From Gammaproteobacteria bacterium (GTDB taxonomy: Bacteria > Pseudomonadota > Gammaproteobacteria > Burkholderiales > SG8-41), in assembly GCA_041483135.1 (NCBI GenBank), contig JBGPFE010000003.1, positions 6,035 through 70,034 of the forward strand: 64,000 nt of DNA, given 5' to 3'. A model generated the notes under the pieces. That model did no database searches, had not been told where the DNA came from, and saw nothing but the letters and a program-made list of their open reading frames with translations. How positions within the stretch are numbered: position 1 is the first letter of the stretch; each line of letters starts with the position of its first letter. Below, piece after piece: positions 1 through 10,031 of this stretch. Position numbers and translations under genes: made by a program.

Positions 1-480
1 TTTGCGACCGTAGTCACCGATCTGCACAGCGGCGAGCCGGTGGTGTTCCGCACCGGCAACACAGGCATGGCGGTGCGCGCGTCGAGCAGCGTGCCCGGCG
101 TGTTTCAGCCGGTCACCATCAACGGGCGCGAATATGTCGATGGCGGCCTCGTCAGTCCGGTGCCTGTGCGCGCCGCGCGCGGCATGGGTGCCGATCTGGT
201 GATCGCGGTCTACATTTCGAACGATCCGCGCTTCGGCAAGACCAGGGACAGCTTCGACGTGATGCTGCAGACCTTCGCCATCATGGGGCAGAGCATTGCG
301 GGCTACGAGCTCGCCGAAGCCGACATCGTGATCCGTCCCGACACGGGCGCGATGCGCGGCACCGATTTCGACAACCGGCATCAGGCGATCATCGAAGGCG
401 AAAAAGCGGGGTTGGCGGCGATCGCTGCAATCAAGCAGAAGATCGCCGAGAAAACGGCGGCAGTAACGTTGACCAGATAA
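1..480 (+). CDS. patatin-like phospholipase family protein (C-terminal part, 5' end outside window)
   Basis: Frame 1 is open from base 1. The translation ...FATVVTDLHSGEPVVFRTGNTGMAVRASSSVPGVFQPVTINGREYVDGGLVSPVPV... matches the patatin/RssA block containing the catalytic-Asp DGG motif. Confidence 0.75.
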   Translation, partial: FATVVTDLHSGEPVVFRTGNTGMAVRASSSVPGVFQPVTINGREYVDGGLVSPVPVRAARGMGADLVIAVYISNDPRFGKTRDSFDVMLQTFAIMGQSIAGYELAEADIVIRPDTGAMRGTDFDNRHQAIIEGEKAGLAAIAAIKQKIAEKTAAVTLTR

Positions 481-550
481 CATGCCGCAGCGGGTCAGGC
501 GCATGGCAGATCGGGTAAACTGGTTCTGGTATCGGACCTTGACGCTAAAT

Positions 551-1453
551 ATGTTCAGGTTTTCTCCCGGATTGAGGCTGCTCGCGGTGCTGATCCTGCT
601 GTCGGCTTTGGCGCCGGTGCCGGCACGCGCCCAGAGCAGCGTGCTTGAGGTCATCCCGCTTAAATATCGTACCGTCGAGCAGGTGATCCCGGTGTTGAAG
701 CCGCTGCTCGACAAGGGCGGCACGCTGAGCGGCATGCAGAGTCAGCTCATTATTCGTACTACGCCGGCCAATCTTGCCGAAATCAAACAGGTGCTGGCAA
801 CGCTCGATGCAATGCCGCGCCGGCTGATGATCACGGTGCGGCAGGATGCCGACATCAACCGCGACAGGACCACCGCCGAAGTTTCAGGCCGCGTTTCCTC
901 AGGCAGTGCGTCTGTCATCATTCCGGGCAGCGGCACGAGCGGGGGTGTGGTCGAAGCCCGGCGCGGTGACGATGTGGTGCGCGGGCGCATCGAGAACACG
1001 CGTGCGGTCGACAACGACCGCAATACGCAGACGCTGCAGGTGCTGGAAGGCAATAGCGCGTTCATCCGCATCGGACTATCGGTGCCGCTGCCGCAGCGCC
1101 AGGTCATACGCACGATCGTCAATGGCCAGGTCGTCGAGCGTGTCATCAGTACGGCCGAATACCGCGACGTGACGACCGGGTTTTACGCGCTGCCGCGGCT
1201 CGCGGGCGACCGCGTAATGCTCGAGATCAGCCCGCAGCGGGATACGTTGCCGGGCCCGGAACAGAACCTGCCGCGCGGCAGCATCAGCGTGCAAAGCGCC
1301 GCGACCACGGTATCAGGCCGGCTTGGCGAATGGATGGAGATCGGCGGGGCGGTGCAGAGCATGGCCACCCAGCAGTCGGTGAACCTGGGGAACGTCACCG
1401 GCAGCAGCGGCGACAACCGCCGCATTCTGCTCAAGGTCGACGAAATCCGCTGA
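551..1453 (+). CDS. exported protein with secretin-N/STN-like short domain (no secretin barrel)
   Basis: Signal-like N-terminus MFRFSPGLRLLAVLILLSALAPVPARAQS. It is followed by VIPLKYRTVEQVIPVLKPLL...LIIRTTPANLAEIKQVLATLD, typical of secretin N-domains. Start taken at ATG 551 inside the longer 482 ORF. Confidence 0.5.
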   Translation: MFRFSPGLRLLAVLILLSALAPVPARAQSSVLEVIPLKYRTVEQVIPVLKPLLDKGGTLSGMQSQLIIRTTPANLAEIKQVLATLDAMPRRLMITVRQDADINRDRTTAEVSGRVSSGSASVIIPGSGTSGGVVEARRGDDVVRGRIENTRAVDNDRNTQTLQVLEGNSAFIRIGLSVPLPQRQVIRTIVNGQVVERVISTAEYRDVTTGFYALPRLAGDRVMLEISPQRDTLPGPEQNLPRGSISVQSAATTVSGRLGEWMEIGGAVQSMATQQSVNLGNVTGSSGDNRRILLKVDEIR

Positions 1454-1937
1454 CCGAGGGCTTGGGATTCTCCAGCGTGCGCAGTTGCGCCTGCACGCCG
1501 CCATCGGCAATTTCGAGTATGGCCAGCGATACCGGCAGGGTGAAGCGGCGCGGCCCGGCGCTGCCGGGGTTGATATAGAGCACACCGTCCCTGTCGTGGA
1601 TCGCCGGCCGGTGAGAATGACCCGAGATAACGACCCTGAAGCCGGCGGATTTCGGATCGAGGTCGATCTCGCCGAGATCGTGCAGGATGTATATCGATAC
1701 GCGGCCGATCTCGATGGCTTCGGCGGCGCGTATCGAATTCGCCCACGGACCCCGATCGTTGTTGCCGCGCACCGCGACGACCGGCGCGATTTCTCCCAGT
1801 TCATCCAGCACGCGGGGGCCGCAGATATCGCCGGCGTGAAGAATCCGGTCGACACCGGCGAGCGCGCGTTTCGCTTCCGGGCGCACGAGGTTGTGGGTGT
1901 CGGAGATAAGTCCGATTCTGATGAGAGTTCTGTTCAA
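1431..1937 (-). CDS. YfcE/MJ0936-family metallophosphoesterase
   Basis: Motifs IGLISDTHN, ILHAGDI, VRGNND, ISGHSHRP and INPGS. Start assigned to an in-frame TTG at 1937 just before the LIRIGLISDTH block. The upstream 88 codons of the 2201 ORF look non-coding. Confidence 0.8.
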   Translation of the reverse strand: MNRTLIRIGLISDTHNLVRPEAKRALAGVDRILHAGDICGPRVLDELGEIAPVVAVRGNNDRGPWANSIRAAEAIEIGRVSIYILHDLGEIDLDPKSAGFRVVISGHSHRPAIHDRDGVLYINPGSAGPRRFTLPVSLAILEIADGGVQAQLRTLENPKPSVSGFRRP

Positions 1938-2083
1938 GATTGAGTTGCGTCCAATACCCGATGCTTCTCCGCCACCCGCAAAAAGTACATTTGATATTGG
2001 GATGTTAATGCATTCATGCTCTATACTCACGCGCTTTAACAGGGGCGGCGGCGTCCGGCTGCTCCCTCGATCCTGGACCTCGA

Positions 2084-4045
2084 TTGCAAGATCTTGATTC
2101 GATATTCTCCGACCACGGTCCGCTCGCGCAGGCTGTGACCGGTTTCCGCGTGCGGGAAGGCCAGATCGAAATGGCGCGCGCCGTTGCCGATGCGATCGCA
2201 AACAACTCGGTATTGATCGCGGAGGCGGGCACCGGCACCGGCAAAACCTTTGCTTACCTCGCGCCCGCGCTGCTGTCCGGCGGCAAGGTCATTATCTCGA
2301 CCGGCACCAAGACGCTGCAGGACCAGTTGTTCGACCGCGATATCCGGGTCGTGCGCGATGCGCTCAAAGTGCCGGTCACGGTGGCGCTGCTCAAGGGGCG
2401 CGCCAACTATGTCTGTCATTACTACCTCGAGCGCGCGCAGCACGAAGGCCGGTTCCCGACCCGCGACGATGCGCGTTATCTTCCGCTGATCGCCAACTTC
2501 GCCCGCCACAGCGCGACCGGCGATAAAAGCGATCTGCCCACAGTGCCTGAAAACGCCGGCATCTGGTCGTACGTGACCTCCACGCGCGAGAACTGTCTCG
2601 GCTCCGAGTGCGCGCATTATTCGAAATGTTTTGTGATGGAAGCGCGCAAGCAGGCGCTGGCGGCGGATGTGGTGGTGGTCAATCATCACTTGTTTTTCGC
2701 CGACGTCGTGCTGCGCGACGAAGGCGTGTCCGAGTTATTGCCCGCTTCGAACACCATTATTTTCGACGAAGCGCATCAACTGCCCGAGACCGCGAGCCTG
2801 TTCTTCGGGCAGACGGTGTCGACTTCACAGTTGATCGAGCTTGCGCGCGACACGCGCATGGAGGCGGTCGCCGCGGCCAAGGATTTTGCGGCGCTGCCTG
2901 ACGCGGCGCAGGCGCTCGACAAAGCGGCGCGCGATATGCGGCTCGCGTTCAAGGAAGAAAGCGGGCGTTTTCCTTTTCAAGCGCTGGCACGCAACCGTGA
3001 TTTCGGGCCGGCACTCGTCGTAGTTTGCGACAAACTCGATGCGCTGGAATCGACACTCGAGTCGCAGGCCGAGCGCAGCGAAGGGCTTGAGAAATGCTGG
3101 CAGCGTACGCAGGTGCTGGCGGAGCAGCTCAAGCGCTGGCGCGATCACGACGACCCCGAGTACGTGCGCTGGCTGGAACTCTTCAACCACGCGCTGCACC
3201 TCAACGCGACACCGCTGTCGATCGCCGGGATATTCCAGGGCCAGATCAACGACCGCGCGCGGTCGTGGATTTTCACGTCCGCAACGCTGTCGGTCGGCGG
3301 CGATTTCAGTCACTACCGCGGCCAGATGGGGTTGGCCGAGGCGCATTCGCAGTCGTGGGAGAGCCCGTTCGACTTTGCAAGCCACGCCCTGCTTTACGTG
3401 CCGAAAGACATGCCCGAGCCGAATACGCCGGATTACACGCGGGCGGTGGTTGCGGCGGCGTTACCGGCTATCGAAGCGAGCGCCGGCCGCGCGTTCCTGC
3501 TCTTCACCAGCCTGCGTGCCATGCGCGAAGGCCATGAACTGCTCAAAGACGCGTTCGCGCGGCGCAAACTCGCATTTCCGTTGTTGATGCAGGGCGAAGG
3601 TTCGCGCACCGAACTGCTCGAGCGCTTCCGGCAGCTCGGCAACGCGGTGCTGATCGGCAGCCAATCATTCTGGGAAGGGGTCGACGTGCGGGGCGAAGCG
3701 CTGTCGCTGGTGGTGATCGACAAGCTGCCGTTCGCGCCGCCCGACGACCCGCTGCTGGCGGCGCGCATCGAGCGCATTAACCGCGAGGGGCGCAATGCAT
3801 TCGTCGAGTTCCAGTTGCCGCAGGCGGTGATTACCCTCAAGCAGGGTGCGGGACGGTTGATCCGCGACGAAACCGACCGCGGCGTGCTGATGATCTGCGA
3901 CCCGCGGTTGTTCAGCAAAGGTTACGGCCGCAGAATACTGAAGAGCCTGCCGCCGATGAAAGGCACGCGCGAGATTGAAGTCGTTATCGCCTTCTTCGAG
4001 CGGGCGGAGCCCGGCTATAAGCGAGTGCCTTTCGGCGCGGAATGA
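2084..4045 (+). CDS. dinG: ATP-dependent DNA helicase, DinG/YoaA (Rad3-like) family
   Basis: Walker A AEAGTGTGKTFAYL, DEAH box IIFDEAHQL, and C-terminal motifs SFWEGVD and QGAGRLIR. TTG start. Confidence 0.85.
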   Translation: MQDLDSIFSDHGPLAQAVTGFRVREGQIEMARAVADAIANNSVLIAEAGTGTGKTFAYLAPALLSGGKVIISTGTKTLQDQLFDRDIRVVRDALKVPVTVALLKGRANYVCHYYLERAQHEGRFPTRDDARYLPLIANFARHSATGDKSDLPTVPENAGIWSYVTSTRENCLGSECAHYSKCFVMEARKQALAADVVVVNHHLFFADVVLRDEGVSELLPASNTIIFDEAHQLPETASLFFGQTVSTSQLIELARDTRMEAVAAAKDFAALPDAAQALDKAARDMRLAFKEESGRFPFQALARNRDFGPALVVVCDKLDALESTLESQAERSEGLEKCWQRTQVLAEQLKRWRDHDDPEYVRWLELFNHALHLNATPLSIAGIFQGQINDRARSWIFTSATLSVGGDFSHYRGQMGLAEAHSQSWESPFDFASHALLYVPKDMPEPNTPDYTRAVVAAALPAIEASAGRAFLLFTSLRAMREGHELLKDAFARRKLAFPLLMQGEGSRTELLERFRQLGNAVLIGSQSFWEGVDVRGEALSLVVIDKLPFAPPDDPLLAARIERINREGRNAFVEFQLPQAVITLKQGAGRLIRDETDRGVLMICDPRLFSKGYGRRILKSLPPMKGTREIEVVIAFFERAEPGYKRVPFGAE

Positions 4046-4102
4046 TCGCTGCGGCGGAATGCTACCCCGGCTCAGGCAGGGTGCATTCCTTGCAGGGAAC
4101 CT

Positions 4103-4510
4103 TCAGCCGGCGCCCACCAGCTGCATTACGCTCGCGCCAAAGTATTTCCACAGCGCGGCGAAAAACAGCATCCATAGCATCATGATGACTACCGCGGCGG
4201 TGATGCTCTTCGGCGTGGGGCGGTGCTCGGCGACCCACACGGCCGCCTTGGCCCGGGACTCGGTCAGCACCGGCTCCGGCACCAGCTTCAGGATGAAATA
4301 AATGCTGATCGGCAGCAGAATCAGATCGTCGAGATAGCCGAGCACCGGGATGAAGTCCGGGATGAGGTCGATCGGGCTCAGGAAATAGGCTACTACTACC
4401 AGCGCAAGGATCTTGGGCAGCCAAGGCATTCCCGGGTGCCGGCAGCAGAACCACAATGTGAGCCCATCGTTTTCGAGCGTCCTTGCCCAGCGCTTGAGCC
4501 GGTCCCACAT
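4103..4510 (-). CDS. YkvA/DUF1232 family membrane protein
   Basis: Conserved SPIDLIPDFIPVLGYLDDLILLP signature. Its ATG overlaps the rimO stop by 1 nt (TGATG). Confidence 0.75.
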   Translation of the reverse strand: MWDRLKRWARTLENDGLTLWFCCRHPGMPWLPKILALVVVAYFLSPIDLIPDFIPVLGYLDDLILLPISIYFILKLVPEPVLTESRAKAAVWVAEHRPTPKSITAAVVIMMLWMLFFAALWKYFGASVMQLVGAG

Positions 4511-5889
4511 CAGGCCATCACACCCCTGAGATCGTGGGCATCCGATGCGACGATCTTCACGCGGGCGAACTCGCCGGCCTTGAGCCCGGCAGCGGGGGCG
4601 ACATGCACGACGCCGTCGATTTCGGGCGCATCGGCGCTGCTGCGCGCGATCGCGCCGGTGGCATTGACCTCGTCGACGAGCACGGTCAGCATGCGTCCGA
4701 CTTTCTTCTTCAGGCGTGCCGCGCTGATTTTTTCCTGCAGCTCCATGAAACGCGCTTTGCGCTCTTCTTTGATGTTCTCCGGCACGTGCCCGGGCAGCGC
4801 ATTGGCTTTGGCGCCATCGACAGGAGAGTAGGTAAAGCAGCCGACGCGGTCGAGTTGCGCTGCCTCCATGAATTCGAGCAATTGCGCGAAATCGTCTGCG
4901 GTTTCTCCCGGGAAGCCGACGATGAAGGTGCTGCGGATGGTGAGCTCCGGGCAGATCTCGCGCCAGCTTTGGATGCGCGCAAGGTTATTTTCGGAGCTCG
5001 CCGGGCGCTTCATCGCTTTCAGTATTTTCGGACTGGCGTGCTGGAACGGCACGTCGAGGTAAGGCAGGATTTGCCCCTCCGCCATGAGCGGAATGACCTC
5101 ATCGACATGTGGGTAGGGATAGACATAGTGCAGCCGTACCCACACGCCGCTGGCGGCGTCCTTGCCGGCGAAGCCGCCCAACGCGGTGGCGAGCTCGGTC
5201 ATGCGTGTCTTGAGCGGACGACCGCGCCAGAAGCCGGTGCGGTATTTGATGTCGACGCCGTAGGCGCTGGTGTCCTGCGAGATCACCAGCAGTTCCTTGA
5301 CGCCGGCATTGACCATGTTTTCGGCTTCCTGCATCACTTCGCCGATCGGGCGACTGACGAGGCCGCCGCGCATCGACGGGATGATGCAAAACGTGCAGCG
5401 GTGATTGCAGCCCTCGGCGATCTTGAGATACGCGTAGTGCCGCGGCGTGAGTTTTATACCCTGCGGCGGGACCAGGTCGGTGTAGGGATCGTGTGGCTGC
5501 GGCAGATGCGCATGCACCGCGTGCATCACCTCGTCGGTCGCGTGCGGGCCGGTGACGGCAAGCACGCGCGGGTGGGTGTCCTTGACGATATTGCCTTTGG
5601 CGCCAAGGCAGCCGGTGACTATCACTTTGCCGTTCTCGGCGAGCGCCTCGCCGATCGCAGCGAGCGATTCCGCGACCGCCGCATCTATGAAGCCGCAGGT
5701 ATTGACGACGACGAGGTCGGCATCCTCATAGCTCGGCGCGACGAGGTAACCCTCGGCGCGCAGCTGCGTCAGGATGCGCTCAGAATCAACCAGCGCCTTG
5801 GGGCAGCCCAGTGAGACGAAGCCAACCTTGGGTGCTGCTTGGGGGGTGCGGCGCGCCTGGTCAGGCGCCATCTTTGTTGCCGCCTTCAT
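4510..5889 (-). CDS. rimO: ribosomal protein S12 methylthiotransferase RimO
   Basis: [17 protein letters not shown] (MTTase N domain), radical-SAM CNHRCTFC, and a TRAM-like C-terminus. The start could instead be the ATG at 5871. Confidence 0.9.
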   Translation of the reverse strand: MKAATKMAPDQARRTPQAAPKVGFVSLGCPKALVDSERILTQLRAEGYLVAPSYEDADLVVVNTCGFIDAAVAESLAAIGEALAENGKVIVTGCLGAKGNIVKDTHPRVLAVTGPHATDEVMHAVHAHLPQPHDPYTDLVPPQGIKLTPRHYAYLKIAEGCNHRCTFCIIPSMRGGLVSRPIGEVMQEAENMVNAGVKELLVISQDTSAYGVDIKYRTGFWRGRPLKTRMTELATALGGFAGKDAASGVWVRLHYVYPYPHVDEVIPLMAEGQILPYLDVPFQHASPKILKAMKRPASSENNLARIQSWREICPELTIRSTFIVGFPGETADDFAQLLEFMEAAQLDRVGCFTYSPVDGAKANALPGHVPENIKEERKARFMELQEKISAARLKKKVGRMLTVLVDEVNATGAIARSSADAPEIDGVVHVAPAAGLKAGEFARVKIVASDAHDLRGVMA

Positions 5890-6496
5890 CCTTTGGCGTG
5901 GGGTTGCTGGGAGGGGTGCCTGCCGCGCTGTCGCGCGATTGGGTGAACGGATTGGGTGCGGCGAAATTGGGGAAGGGGAAGGTGCCGAACAGATTGCGCG
6001 TCTGTTTCTGCAGCTGCTGCTGCATATCGAGGAACGCGTTGGCGCTTTGCTCGAGATAACTGCCCATCAGGCCCTGGATCGCCGGGCCCTGCATCTTGAG
6101 AAACTCGCTCCATGCATCGGCGTTGGGCATCGCCGTGCCGCCGTAGATCGCGCTCGACTGCTCCTGCAGCTTTTTCTGGATCTCGATGAAAGTCTGGATA
6201 TTTTTGTCCAGGTAATTGCCCATCATTCCCTGCATCGCGTTGCCGTAGAAGCGGATGATCTTCGACAGCACGTCGCTCGAGAACATCGGGACGCCCTCGC
6301 CGCTTTCTTCCTCGAGTATGATCTGCAGCAGGATGCTGCGCGTCAGGTCTTCCTTGGTTTTGGCGTCCTCGATCTTGAACTCGGTATGGTCGAGCACCAG
6401 CTTTTTGACATCCTCCAGCGTGATATAACTGCTGGTGGCGGTGTCGTATAGCCGGCGATTCGGATACTTTTTAATTATCCTGATGCCCTCGCTCAT
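5861..6496 (-). CDS. phaR: polyhydroxyalkanoate synthesis repressor PhaR
   Basis: N-terminal [27 protein letters not shown] is the PhaR DNA-binding signature. The gene lies divergent from a phasin gene. Confidence 0.9.
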   Translation of the reverse strand: MSEGIRIIKKYPNRRLYDTATSSYITLEDVKKLVLDHTEFKIEDAKTKEDLTRSILLQIILEEESGEGVPMFSSDVLSKIIRFYGNAMQGMMGNYLDKNIQTFIEIQKKLQEQSSAIYGGTAMPNADAWSEFLKMQGPAIQGLMGSYLEQSANAFLDMQQQLQKQTRNLFGTFPFPNFAAPNPFTQSRDSAAGTPPSNPTPKDEGGNKDGA

Positions 6497-6644
6497 GACT
6501 GGCCTTTGGGGTGCATTGCCATAATAAGCATTATCCCAAAATCATTGCATTTATTCATTGTATTGCAGCAATTTTCTGACAAACGCCTGTAAATTTTGGC
6601 TGTAAAAGCAATGTTTGCCTGTATGCTGCATCGCAATAAAATGA

Positions 6645-6674
6645 TTGACGCTGCAACTTTGGAAGGGGTATTAT
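6645..6674 (+). promoter_or_regulatory. putative sigma70 promoter of phaP (TTGACG-18-TATTAT)
   Basis: TTGACG at 6645-6650 and TATTAT at 6669-6674, about 75 nt upstream of the phaP ATG. TGC-rich repeats lie in and around it. Confidence 0.4.
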
Positions 6675-6747
6675 TTTATTGTGCAGTGCAACATAACGGC
6701 GTGGCTGCGTAAATTAGCATCGGTCAGGCCAAAAGTTCAAGGAGAAG

Positions 6748-7296
6748 ATGATGGCCAAGATGCCGGAACACCTGGCGGATCTGAACAAGGGCTTGGTCGA
6801 GGCAGCGTTGAGCTTCGCTCAAGTTTCGATGGATGGCGCCGAGAAACTAATGCGCCTGCAGCTCGAGACGGCAAAGAAGTTTGTCGCCGAACAAGCCGCA
6901 ACTGCCAAAGCGCTGGCGGAAGCCAAAGACGCTGAAGCCATGATGGCATTGCGGGCGCGGCTCGCTGAACAGGCAGTCGACCGCGCGCTCGGTTATTCGC
7001 GCAACGTTTACGAAGTCGCAACACAGGCCCAGCAACAGCTGACCAAACTGGTCGAGCAGCGCTTTGCCGCGTATCAGCATGAAATGGCTGCGGCCATGGG
7101 GCAAATGATCAAGGCGGCGCCGGGCGGCTCCGATGCCGCAGCGGAAGCCGTCAGGTCGACTATCGCGGCGACGCAGGCGGCGATGGACAGCATGACCAAG
7201 GCCGCGAAGCAGGCAGCCGAGATGGCCGATGCCAACGTTAAAGCCGTGAGCGAAGCCGCGACTAGCGCTTTCAAAGGCGGCGCGAAAAAGAAATAA
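6748..7296 (+). CDS. phaP: phasin family protein (PHA granule-associated)
   Basis: Ala/Lys/Gln-rich helical protein with ...LNKGLVEAALSFAQVSMDGAEKLMRLQLETAKKF.... Good SD (AGGAGA). Sits in PHA gene context. Confidence 0.85.
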   Translation: MMAKMPEHLADLNKGLVEAALSFAQVSMDGAEKLMRLQLETAKKFVAEQAATAKALAEAKDAEAMMALRARLAEQAVDRALGYSRNVYEVATQAQQQLTKLVEQRFAAYQHEMAAAMGQMIKAAPGGSDAAAEAVRSTIAATQAAMDSMTKAAKQAAEMADANVKAVSEAATSAFKGGAKKK

Positions 7297-7333
7297 CGCG
7301 GCAACGGAAGATGCCCCGGCAGACAAGACGAGC

Positions 7334-7362
7334 CCCGGTGGTTATCCACCGGGTTTTTTTTC
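7334..7362 (+). terminator. rho-independent terminator after phaP
   Basis: CCCGGTGG-ttat-CCACCGGG followed by a T9 run. Confidence 0.75.
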
Positions 7363-7369
7363 GTCTTTA

Positions 7370-7465
7370 AGCGGTCAGCAATCAGCGGTCAGCAATCAGC
7401 GGTCAGCCAATGCAAGTAATCATATTTGTATCTAGCTGCATGCTGACTGCTGAGTGCTGACCGCT
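7370..7465. repeat. inverted array of 14-nt AGCGGTCAGCnnTC units (REP-like)
   Basis: Positions 7370-7407 carry AGCGGTCAGCAATC twice plus AGCGGTCAGCC. Positions 7442-7465 are the reverse complement (AGCGGTCAGCACTCAGCAGTCAGC). The arms are separated by a 34-nt AT-rich loop and lie between the convergent phaP and phaB genes. Confidence 0.7.
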
Positions 7466-7469
7466 GCAT

Positions 7470-8213
7470 CTACTGCATATGCTGGCCGCCGTTCATGGCA
7501 AGGTTGGCACCGGTGAAATAACCGGCGTCTTCCGAGCACAGGAAGGCGACCAGGGCGCCGACCTCCTCGGGCTTGCCGAGCCGCCCCAGCGGGATCTGGG
7601 GCAGAATCTTGGCGTCCATCACTTCCTTCGGCACCGCCAGCACCATCTTGGTGGCGATGTAGCCGGGCGAAATGGTGTTGACCGTGACTCCTTTGCGCGC
7701 GACTTCGAGCGCGAGCGCCTTGGTGAAGCCGTGCATGCCGGCCTTGGCGGCGGAATAGTTGGTCTGGCCGAACGCGCCTTTCTGGCCGTTCACCGAGGAT
7801 ACGTTGATGACGCGGCCCCAGCCGCGCTCGACCATGCCATCGCAAACCGGCTTGCTCATGTTGAACACGCTGTCGAGGTCGGTGCGCATCACGGCGTCCC
7901 AATCCGCCTTGCCCATCTTCTTGAAACTGGCGTCCTTGGTGATGCCGGCATTGTTGACCAGGATGTCGATGGGCCCGACTTCGGACTGCATCCTGGCGAC
8001 CGCCTTCTGGCACGAGTCAAAATCGGTAACGTCTACCTGGTAGGCGTGGAAAGTGTAACCCCTGGTCTTCATTGCGGCGAGCCATTCGCCGGACCTGGTG
8101 TTGCCGGGCGAATAGGTGGTGACTACCTTGTGGCCCGCAGCGGCGAGCTTCATGCAGATCGCTTCGCCGATGCCGCCCATGCCGCCGGTGACGACCGCTA
8201 CTCGTTGTGCCAT
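7470..8213 (-). CDS. phaB: acetoacetyl-CoA reductase
   Basis: MAQRVAVVTGGMGGIGEAI (SDR Rossmann motif) and the YSAAK catalytic motif. Strong SD GGAGGAG before the ATG at 8213. Adjacent to phaC. Confidence 0.9.
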   Translation of the reverse strand: MAQRVAVVTGGMGGIGEAICMKLAAAGHKVVTTYSPGNTRSGEWLAAMKTRGYTFHAYQVDVTDFDSCQKAVARMQSEVGPIDILVNNAGITKDASFKKMGKADWDAVMRTDLDSVFNMSKPVCDGMVERGWGRVINVSSVNGQKGAFGQTNYSAAKAGMHGFTKALALEVARKGVTVNTISPGYIATKMVLAVPKEVMDAKILPQIPLGRLGKPEEVGALVAFLCSEDAGYFTGANLAMNGGQHMQ

Positions 8214-8276
8214 TGGTGTTCTCCTCCACAAAAGACCGGATTCAGACTAACACGAAGTTGAAAAATCATGTTTTGA

Positions 8277-10031
8277 CTAATCGCAACGCTGGCGCACGTA
8301 GCGTCCGGGCGCCGGTTCGATCGCCGGGTAGTCCGAATTTCCAGCTTCAGCGCGCGCCGGGACGCTCACGCCGCCGCGCTCGGCGAGCCATCCGCTCCAA
8401 CGGCTCCACCAGCTGCCGGGATGCTGCTGCGCGCCGGCGAGCCAATCATCGGGATTCGCGGGCAGGTCCGGGTTTAACCAGTGATGCCGGCGATTTTGCG
8501 CTGGTGGATTGACCACCCCCGCGATATGTCCGCTTGCAGCGAGTACGAATTCGATGTCGCCGCCGACCAGCTGCGTGGTCCGGTAGGCGCTTTTCCACGG
8601 CACGATGTGGTCTTCACGCGAGGCGAGAACGAAGGTCGGCAGCCTGATTTGCGAAAGATCGACCTTGACGCCACAGTTGGTGAGCTTGCCCGGTACGCAC
8701 AGATTGTTTTCGAGATAAGTATTGCGCACATAGTAGACGAACATCGCGCCCGGCAGGTTGGTGCTGTCGCTGTTCCAGTAGAGCAGGTCGAAAGCACCGG
8801 GCTTGCAGCCCTTCAGATAATTGTTGACCACGTAATTCCAGATCAGGTCGTTGGGGCGCAGGCTCGAAAAAGTGAGCATGAGTTCCTTGCCGTGCAGCAC
8901 GCCTCCACGCGCGAAATCCTTTTCACGTTGCGAGACGTAGGCTTCATCGACGAATACCGAAATATCGCCGGGATCGCAGAAGTCGAGCATGGTGGTGAGG
9001 AAAGTGACGCTTGCCGCCGGGTTACTCTGCTTGGCGCGCAACAACGCAAGCGCGGCTGCGAGCAGCGTGCCACCGACGCAGAAGCCGAGTACATTGATCT
9101 GCTCAACGCCGCAGATTGCACGCGCGGCGTCGATTGCCCTGATCACGCCGTTTTCGAGATATTGATCCCACATGACGTGCCCCATGTCTTCCGGCACGTT
9201 GCGCCACGACACCATGAATACGGTGTGGCCCTGCGCTACCGCGTAACGCACGAACGAGTTCTCGGGCTGCAGATCGAGGATGTAATACTTGTTGATGCAC
9301 GGCGGCACCATCACGAGCGGTCGCTCATAGACGGTATCGGTGGTCGCTTGGTATTGGATCAGCTGGATCAGTTCGTTCTCGAACACGACGGCGCCGGGGG
9401 TGACAGCGAGATTGCGTCCGACCATGAACGCCGATTCGTCGGTTGTCGAGATGCGGCCCTTCCGGAGATCCTCGTTCAGGTTTTCGAGGCCGCGCCGCAG
9501 ACTGTCGCCATGGGTCTGGGACGCAAGTTTCATGACTTCGGGATTGGTTGCCGGAAAGTTGGCCGGTGCCGCTGCGTCGACCAGCTGACGGGTGAAAAAG
9601 CGCAGCTTGTGCTTGGACGGCGCGTCGAGTTGCGCCGCCTCGACGATTTCAGAAAGCCAGCGCGAATTGAGCAGGTAGGCCTGCTTCAGGTAATTGAAAA
9701 AAGGCAGTTGCTGCCATTCCGGAGAATGAAAACGGCGATCGCCCTTGTCCGGCGCAATGACGGGCGCCGGTGGGGCGCCTGCAGTATGCGCTTCGTCCCC
9801 GCGCGCGACGAGGGTCGTCCACAACTCAAGATGACGCCGGTAATAGCGTTGCTGGAGCTCGGCCCAGCGCTCCTGGTCATGCGACAGGCCTGCCGCGAGC
9901 GATTTGAAAATCTCCGCGCTTTCGAATTTTTGTCCGGCCGACAGCGACCCGAGCGCATCTTCGATGAATTTGCGGCTGGCGAGGCTCAGGTTTTCGTACA
10001 ACGCCTGCGCTGATGCGGGCGGTGAATTCAT
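8277..10031 (-). CDS. phaC: class I poly(R)-hydroxyalkanoate synthase
   Basis: 584 aa with the lipase-box-like GFCVGG. The conserved PhaC N-domain blocks RFHSPEW and NYLKQAYLL are present. Confidence 0.92.
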   Translation of the reverse strand: MNSPPASAQALYENLSLASRKFIEDALGSLSAGQKFESAEIFKSLAAGLSHDQERWAELQQRYYRRHLELWTTLVARGDEAHTAGAPPAPVIAPDKGDRRFHSPEWQQLPFFNYLKQAYLLNSRWLSEIVEAAQLDAPSKHKLRFFTRQLVDAAAPANFPATNPEVMKLASQTHGDSLRRGLENLNEDLRKGRISTTDESAFMVGRNLAVTPGAVVFENELIQLIQYQATTDTVYERPLVMVPPCINKYYILDLQPENSFVRYAVAQGHTVFMVSWRNVPEDMGHVMWDQYLENGVIRAIDAARAICGVEQINVLGFCVGGTLLAAALALLRAKQSNPAASVTFLTTMLDFCDPGDISVFVDEAYVSQREKDFARGGVLHGKELMLTFSSLRPNDLIWNYVVNNYLKGCKPGAFDLLYWNSDSTNLPGAMFVYYVRNTYLENNLCVPGKLTNCGVKVDLSQIRLPTFVLASREDHIVPWKSAYRTTQLVGGDIEFVLAASGHIAGVVNPPAQNRRHHWLNPDLPANPDDWLAGAQQHPGSWWSRWSGWLAERGGVSVPARAEAGNSDYPAIEPAPGRYVRQRCD

